NCBI RefSeq assembly: GCF_001306055.1
Contig: NZ_LGHJ01000012.1
Coordinates: forward strand, 240,001 to 272,000
Direction: 5' to 3'
DNA from: Bellilinea caldifistulae
GTDB taxonomy: Bacteria > Chloroflexota > Anaerolineae > Anaerolineales > Anaerolineaceae
Length of the DNA: 32,000 nt
Part shown: positions 17,148 to 22,351 of the stretch, piece after piece
Position numbering within the stretch: position 1 is the stretch's first letter
Layout of the letters: every line of letters starts with the position of its first letter
The notes under the pieces: generated by a model
Databases searched by the model: none
What the model saw: the letters and a program-made list of their open reading frames with translations, nothing else
What the model was told of the DNA's origin: nothing
Translations under genes and position numbers: made by a program

Positions 17148-17209
17148 GCGCCTAACAACAGCATGTAGCAGACGGCACTGCACGCTACCGCTGATGCCAG
17201 CCGTTAGCC
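17148..17209 (+). other. attC-like recombination site (R'' GCCTAAC ... R' GTTAGCC) between the two cassette ORFs
   Basis: GCCTAAC (17150-17156) fits RYYYAAC. GTTAGCC (17203-17209) fits GTTRRRY at 6 of 7 positions. The unit is 60 bp. Internal imperfect pairing is GCAT/ATGC (17161-17164 with 17194-17197) and GTAGC/GCTAC (17165-17169 with 17184-17188), with unpaired bases on one arm. Confidence 0.45.
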
Positions 17210-17231
17210 CGCCTTGAGGCAGAAGAGACGA

Positions 17232-17839
17232 ATGGTTCAAATACCAACCATACAAGATATTGAAGCATCCAGACAAGATTTTGAGGCAAATGAGCCGCGG
17301 GATCTCTTTTATCATACTGCAACGGAGTTGGTGTCGCTCGCGCGCTGGAAGGCAGGTCATCGTTTAGTGTTGCCGAAGCATTATTCGTGCTCCTTCAGAT
17401 ATGGAACAAGACGTTCTATCAATACAGAAAATTCGATGGACAACATTTTGCCGAGATAGAGCGGCTTATCAATGACCACTGTTTGATGCTCATCGCTTTC
17501 AGACAACGCTCCATAGAAGGTTTCGACCAGGAGCAGGAGGATGAAGGAAAAGTTAAGCACGTTTTCAAGGCTTTCGAGGAGGTTCTCGGCCCTGTAGGTG
17601 CTGCAAAGTTTTTGCATCTGTTGGCACCGCTTTTCTTTCCGCTTTTGGACCGCGTCATAGCCGAGGCTTACAACCTTCCGCTAGTGAAGATTGGTACCAA
17701 TGCCGACAAGTACCGTCGTTTTATGCGAATTGTGAAGGAGCAGATTAAAACCCTTGGCGGGGAGCAAACTATTAGTCGAAATCCATTGAAAGCGATAGAC
17801 GAGTACAATTACTGCAAGTACACCAAAGAATGGATATGA
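17232..17839 (+). pseudogene. ~200-aa hypothetical gene split by a 1-nt frameshift (second cassette ORF)
   Basis: The frame starting at 17232 reads MVQIPTIQDIEASRQDFEANEPRDLFYHTATELVSLARWKAG and then degenerates. The -1/+2 frame is open from 17294 and reads protein-like from about 17360 (SFSVAEALFVLLQIWNKTFYQY...GPVGAAKFLHLLAPLFFPLLDRVIAEAY...). The switch point is about 17355-17365. A sequencing error is an alternative explanation. Confidence 0.55.
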
Positions 17840-18073
17840 TTAAGTCGTGCGACAATCTAACACGTGGTTCCAGCCGCCCCGCTCCGCTCGCTGCACTTGC
17901 TCCGCGTGCGGCTGAACGCAAACCGTTTCCGCAGCAAAATTTGTGCGCTCCGCCACGCCCGTACCGATTGGCTTCTTAATCCGCTGCTGCTCCTGTTGAA
18001 AATCACCTCCTTTACCTCCAAATTTCGCCCAGATGAGAGGCGTTCCAGGCAACCGATGCTACCCCTACCAGCA

Positions 18074-18082
18074 TGGTATAAT
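18074..18082 (+). promoter_or_regulatory. extended -10 promoter element TGGTATAAT upstream of the L,D-transpeptidase gene
   Basis: Perfect TATAAT (18077-18082) preceded by TGn. It lies 38-47 nt upstream of the candidate start codons. No good -35 element is present. Confidence 0.45.
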
Positions 18083-18119
18083 TTCTTTTGGAACAGTAGG
18101 TCAATAATCCGATTAATGG

Positions 18120-19298
18120 ATGAGTGTGATGAAAAAACTGCTCTTACTGGTATGGATGGGATTGCTGCTGGGGTTCGTACCACCCACCCCCGCACAGGCA
18201 GAATCCTTTTTTCCGCAAATAACGGCCGAATCCGCCGGCAAGCCGCTTTGTCTGCCGGGGGTCTACCTGCAAGAACCGCAGGACTGCCTGCCGCTCGGCC
18301 CGGCACAACGCCTGACCGAACTGGCCCAGACCACCGCCTACCATTATCCCGATGCGCCGCTGCCGGCTTATCGCCCCGCCCCGGATCTGACCCGCGCGCC
18401 GGTCAACATTGCCCGCATCAACCTGCCGGAAAACGAGAAAGTACCGCTGTACGCCACGTTTGAGGACGCCGTCAGCGGCAACAACCCAACCCGCTTTATT
18501 GACCCGGGCCAGTTACGCTATGTTTCCTACATCGCCGTGGAGTACTATAACAATAAGCCGTGGGTTCGCCTGCGTTCCGGCGAATGGCTGCGCGCCTCGC
18601 CGGTGGCGTATTCCTCTTTTCAAGGTCTGATTTTTAAACAAACCCCGAACCACAACTTTGGCTGGATCATGGACACCGTCGAAGTCAGGTCTGCACCCGG
18701 TTACAACGCTCCAACCACCGGCAAGACCCTTTACCGTGAAAATGTCGTCCCAATTTACGCCGTTCAATCAGCCAACAACACCGACTGGTTCATGATCGGC
18801 GTAAACGAGTGGGTCGAGCGCCGTTACATCCGCCAGGTGATGGTCAACCCCACACCCCCCGAAGGTGTGACCAACGACCGCTGGATTGAAGTCAACCTCT
18901 TTGAACAAACCCTCGCCGTTTATGAAAACCGTCAGCTGGTTTTTGCCACGCTGATCGCCAGCGGCGGCGAACCCTTCTTCACCCGCCCCGGCCTGCACCA
19001 GATTTACCAGAAAAAAGAACTGGAAACCATGAGCGGCGCTTTTGAAGCCGACCGCTCCGACTATTACTACCTGCAGGATGTGCCGTGGACTATGTACTTT
19101 GATCAGGCGCGCGCCCTGCACGGCGCTTACTGGCGTACGCTGTTCGGGTATGCCGGGACACACGGCTGTGTCAATTTATCCATCGGCGATTCGAAGTGGC
19201 TGTTCGATTGGGCAAGAGAGGGCGACTGGGTTTATGTGTGGGATCCTTCCGGGCAAACCCCCACCGACCCGAATTTCTACGGCGCCGGCGGAGCCTAG
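18120..19298 (+). CDS. L,D-transpeptidase (YkuD/ErfK domain) with N-terminal signal peptide
   Basis: Catalytic block HGAYWRTLFGYAGTHGCVNLSIGDSKWLFDW (the H...HGC motif). Signal peptide KKLLLLVWMGLLLGFVPPTPAQA. The start could be ATG 18120 or ATG 18129. Confidence 0.9.
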   Translation: MSVMKKLLLLVWMGLLLGFVPPTPAQAESFFPQITAESAGKPLCLPGVYLQEPQDCLPLGPAQRLTELAQTTAYHYPDAPLPAYRPAPDLTRAPVNIARINLPENEKVPLYATFEDAVSGNNPTRFIDPGQLRYVSYIAVEYYNNKPWVRLRSGEWLRASPVAYSSFQGLIFKQTPNHNFGWIMDTVEVRSAPGYNAPTTGKTLYRENVVPIYAVQSANNTDWFMIGVNEWVERRYIRQVMVNPTPPEGVTNDRWIEVNLFEQTLAVYENRQLVFATLIASGGEPFFTRPGLHQIYQKKELETMSGAFEADRSDYYYLQDVPWTMYFDQARALHGAYWRTLFGYAGTHGCVNLSIGDSKWLFDWAREGDWVYVWDPSGQTPTDPNFYGAGGA

Positions 19299-19366
19299 AC
19301 CAGCTGAATTTCCAGCATCGCGTCCGAACGAACGACCTTGACCCTTTTCTGTCAGGTGTCATCCTG

Positions 19367-19395
19367 TTGGCTCTCCAACGGCGGGCAAGTATAAT
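19367..19395 (+). promoter_or_regulatory. sigma70-like promoter TTGGCT-17-TATAAT immediately upstream of the antiporter start codon
   Basis: -35 at 19367-19372, exact 17-nt spacer, perfect -10 at 19390-19395. The ATG at 19404 is only 8 nt past the -10 element. Confidence 0.5.
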
Positions 19396-19403
19396 TCATT
19401 GGA

Positions 19404-20861
19404 ATGATGAATGAATATGTTCTGATTGCAGCCGCCGGTCTTTTGCTGATCAGTGTCCTGGTCAGCAAAATTTCGGATCGGTTCGGTGTACCGGCCTTGC
19501 TGCTGTTTCTTGGTCTGGGCATGCTAGCCGGCTCCGATGGGCCAGGTGGCATTTACTTTGACAATCCGGCGATTGCTCAGTTTGTGGGGGTGATTGCGCT
19601 GGTCTTGATTTTGTTTTCCGGCGGTTTAGACACGGATTTCAAGCAGGTACGGGCGGTTTTGAAAGAGGGGATCCTGCTCTCCACGCTGGGCGTCTTAATC
19701 ACCGCTCTGATAACCGGTTGGATTTGCATCTTCCTTTTGGATTTACCGCCGCTGGTCGGCCTGTTGTTAGGCGCTATTGTATCCTCCACGGATGCAGCTG
19801 CCGTTTTTTCGGTTTTACGCTCCAAAGGCATCAGCCTGAAAGGCAACCTGAAACCACTGCTGGAACTCGAATCCGGCAGTAACGACCCGATGGCCATCTT
19901 CCTGACGATTGGACTGATCCAGTTAATTCAATCCCCGGAGCAATCTGCGCTGAGCTTAATCAGCTCATTTTTTCTGCAAATGCTGCTTGGCGGCGTCATC
20001 GGCGTTGTGATGGGGCGGCTGATGGGGTGGCTGATCAATCACATCCGCCTGGGGTATGAAGGCCTTTACCCGGTGCTCAGTCTTGCGCTCGTTTTCCTGA
20101 CCTTTGGAGTCACCAGCATCCTTGGCGGCAGCGGTTTTCTTGCCGTTTATGTGACCGGCATTGTGCTGGGCAACCGCGAATTCATCCACCGCCGCAGTTT
20201 ACTGCGCTTTCATGACGGGCTGGCATGGCTGATGCAAATTGCCATGTTCCTCACCCTGGGATTGCTGGTTTTCCCATCCCGACTGCCGGCCGTAGCCGGT
20301 AGCGGACTGCTGATTGCAGCGGGCTTGATGTTCCTGTCCCGGCCGTTAGGTGTCTTGCTCTCCCTCATCGGCAGCCGTTTCAGCCTACCTGAAAAAGTTT
20401 TTGTCTCGTGGGTAGGATTACGCGGAGCCGTGCCGATTATTTTGGCAACTTTCCCCTTGCTAGCACAAATCCCGCAGGCAGAATTGATTTTCAACATCGT
20501 CTTTTTCGTGGTGCTCACCTCCGTCCTGTTGCAGGGTACAACCATCACACCGGCAGCCCGCTGGCTGAAGCTGGATGCTCCCGCCTTACCGAAACGCATC
20601 TACCCGATTGAGTACACCCCCGTTGGTGGATTCAAGAGTGAACTTAAAGAACTGGCCGTCCCCCCGAATTCCCCCATGGCGGGTAAAGCCATTGTGGAAC
20701 TGGGGCTGCCGGATGATTTTCTGGTGGTACTGATCGCCCGCCAGAACGATTTTGTCATGCCCAGCGGCGGTACGGTCATTCAACCGGGTGATACCCTGCT
20801 TGCCCTGGCTGACTCAAAAACCTTCGATGAGGTCTGCCGGCGATTATGCCCGCCATCCTGA
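19404..20861 (+). CDS. K+/H+ antiporter, CPA1 family (NhaP2/CvrA-like) with C-terminal TrkA-C (RCK_C) domain
   Basis: N-terminus LIAAAGLLLISVLVSKISDRFGVPALLLFLGLGMLAGSDGPG is typical of NhaP2. About 12 TM segments. C-terminal GKAIVELGLPDDFLVVLIARQNDFVMPSGGTVIQPGDTLLALAD is TrkA-C-like. Confidence 0.9.
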   Translation: MMNEYVLIAAAGLLLISVLVSKISDRFGVPALLLFLGLGMLAGSDGPGGIYFDNPAIAQFVGVIALVLILFSGGLDTDFKQVRAVLKEGILLSTLGVLITALITGWICIFLLDLPPLVGLLLGAIVSSTDAAAVFSVLRSKGISLKGNLKPLLELESGSNDPMAIFLTIGLIQLIQSPEQSALSLISSFFLQMLLGGVIGVVMGRLMGWLINHIRLGYEGLYPVLSLALVFLTFGVTSILGGSGFLAVYVTGIVLGNREFIHRRSLLRFHDGLAWLMQIAMFLTLGLLVFPSRLPAVAGSGLLIAAGLMFLSRPLGVLLSLIGSRFSLPEKVFVSWVGLRGAVPIILATFPLLAQIPQAELIFNIVFFVVLTSVLLQGTTITPAARWLKLDAPALPKRIYPIEYTPVGGFKSELKELAVPPNSPMAGKAIVELGLPDDFLVVLIARQNDFVMPSGGTVIQPGDTLLALADSKTFDEVCRRLCPPS

Positions 20862-20877
20862 AACGAAATTCCTGTTT

Positions 20878-20930
20878 GGGGATATAATCCCCTTTAGGGG
20901 ATATCATCCCCTTTAGGGGATATCATCCCG
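20878..20930. repeat. three tandem 19-bp units, each a palindrome GGGGAT-N3-ATCCCC followed by TTTA
   Basis: GGGGATATAATCCCC (20878-20892), TTTA, GGGGATATCATCCCC (20897-20911), TTTA, GGGGATATCATCCC (20916-20929). The first unit contains TATAAT (20883-20888). Confidence 0.9.
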
Positions 20931-20958
20931 TCAACCAAATCTTATTCAGGAGAAACGA

Positions 20959-22197
20959 ATGGGGCACTTCGATTCAAGGCAGGGCATTGGTACACTGGTC
21001 AATCATTTTAACGAGGGAGAACATCCCTATCACGCGCATGTTTCTCCCATTTACCAGACTTCCACCTTTGGCTTTCCGGACGTGGCTACCGGCGCAGCCA
21101 TCTTCAAGGGAGAAGACAGCGGCTACACCTATACCCGCATTAAAAATCCCAATCAGGTTCAACTGGCCGGGAAAATTGCTGCACTCGAAGGACTGGATCT
21201 GATCCGCGCCCACCCCAACCACAAGCCGGATGAAATTGTGGCTGGTCAGGTCTTTGCCACCGGCATGGCTGCCATCACTACTTCTATTCTGGCAAGGGTC
21301 AAAGCCGGGGACACAATCATTGCCCAGGAAGCCCTGTACGCCGCCACTTTCACCTTCCTGGATCAAATTGCGCCGCGTTTTGGGATCAAGGTCGTCTGGC
21401 TGCGAGACCTGCACCCCCACGCCTGGGAAAAGGCCTTTGAGCAAAATCCCACCGCTGTGCTGGCCTACGTGGAAACTCCCGCAAATCCGACCATGGCAAT
21501 TGTGGATTTAAGCGCCGTGGTTGAAATTGCCCACCGTCACAACGCATGGGTGTTTGTAGACAACACCTTCGCCAGCCCGTATGCCCAGCGCCCGCTTTCG
21601 CTGGGGGCGGATGTTGTCCTGCACTCCACCACCAAATACCTCTCCGGTCACGGCACAATTGTCGGCGGGGCAGCCGTCAGCCGGCATGTGGACTGGGTTC
21701 AAGGTCCGCTCACCAGCCTGCTGAAAACCTTGGGCGGCACGGCAGCCCCCTTCGACTGCTGGCTGACCAGTCAGGGACTGCGCACCTTTGAATTGCGCAT
21801 GCAGCGCCACTGCGAAAACGCCCTCCAGGTCGCCGGCTATCTGGAAGATCACCCCAAAGTGGCACGGGTGTACTACCCCGGCCTTGAATCGCACCCCGAT
21901 TACAACCTGGCCAGGAAACAAATGTACGCGTTTGGGGGAATGATGTCGTTTGAATTGAAAGGCGGACTGGCCGCTGGCGAAGCGCTGCTCAACCATGTGC
22001 AAATGATGACTCTGGCGGTTTCTCTGGGGAATACCGACACCCTCATTCAACACCCCGCAAGCATGACCCACGCCAATGTCCCCCGCGAGGAACGCCTCAA
22101 AATCGGTCTGACCGATGGTTTGGTGCGCCTTTCGGTCGGCGTGGAAAACATCGAAGACATTCTCCGCGATCTGGATCAGGCACTCGCATACGCCTGA
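20959..22197 (+). CDS. PLP-dependent Cys/Met-metabolism enzyme (methionine gamma-lyase / cystathionine gamma-synthase / O-acylhomoserine sulfhydrylase family)
   Basis: Family blocks SPIYQTSTF, YTRIKNPN, ETPANPTM, VDNTFASPY and the PLP-lysine motif HSTTKYLSGHG. AGGAG lies upstream of the ATG. Confidence 0.9.
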   Translation: MGHFDSRQGIGTLVNHFNEGEHPYHAHVSPIYQTSTFGFPDVATGAAIFKGEDSGYTYTRIKNPNQVQLAGKIAALEGLDLIRAHPNHKPDEIVAGQVFATGMAAITTSILARVKAGDTIIAQEALYAATFTFLDQIAPRFGIKVVWLRDLHPHAWEKAFEQNPTAVLAYVETPANPTMAIVDLSAVVEIAHRHNAWVFVDNTFASPYAQRPLSLGADVVLHSTTKYLSGHGTIVGGAAVSRHVDWVQGPLTSLLKTLGGTAAPFDCWLTSQGLRTFELRMQRHCENALQVAGYLEDHPKVARVYYPGLESHPDYNLARKQMYAFGGMMSFELKGGLAAGEALLNHVQMMTLAVSLGNTDTLIQHPASMTHANVPREERLKIGLTDGLVRLSVGVENIEDILRDLDQALAYA

Positions 22198-22220
22198 GTG
22201 GAAGGTGTTTTCCCAACCAA

Positions 22221-22251
22221 AAGCCGCTGCAAATTCTGCAACGGCTTTTTT
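22221..22251 (+). terminator. Rho-independent terminator after the PLP-enzyme gene
   Basis: AAGCCGCTGCA (22221-22231) pairs with TGCAACGGCTT (22237-22247) with one mismatch and is followed by a T6 run (22246-22251). Confidence 0.75.
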
Positions 22252-22351
22252 AAGCATGGGCATCGCCCGTCAAAAACATTTACAACTTTTTTAAGGTAAA
22301 TCCACCTTAAGCGTGTTACAGTTTAATCACAGTAGTTATAGAAGGGAATCA

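Larger units (their letters stand above)
12589..17861. mobile_element. decayed integron: integrase stump, attI-like region, cassette 1 (helicase-nuclease), attC-like site, cassette 2 (frameshifted ORF); right end unresolved
   Basis: Divergent integrase/cassette geometry. Core and inverse-core heptamers sit at both ORF boundaries. Short 5' and 3' UTRs. Each unit has its own GC content (about 33% in the spacer, 62-70% in the helicase, 48% in ORF 2, by spot counts). Confidence 0.5.

Noticed and set aside
17340-17400. Programmed ribosomal frameshift as the explanation for the split second-cassette gene
   Set aside because: There is no slippery X-XXY-YYZ heptamer or downstream structure at the frame-switch region. 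A simple 1-nt indel (mutation or sequencing error) is more parsimonious.
17840-18052. 70-aa minus-strand ORF (MPGTPLIWAKFGGKGGDF...) and the overlapping 199-aa + ORF at 17864-18463
   Set aside because: There is no SD, no recognisable motif and an odd composition. The + ORF runs out of frame through the L,D-transpeptidase gene. I treated the region as non-coding junction sequence, although a tiny cassette gene cannot be excluded.
20878-20930. Possible mini-CRISPR array
   Set aside because: The 19-bp units are directly abutting, with no spacers. Each unit is itself a palindrome, and no cas genes are present. This is a tandem operator- or hairpin-type repeat.
21508-22263. 251-aa minus-strand ORF
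   Set aside because: It is antisense to the PLP-enzyme gene and runs across that gene's terminator. It has no recognisable motifs.
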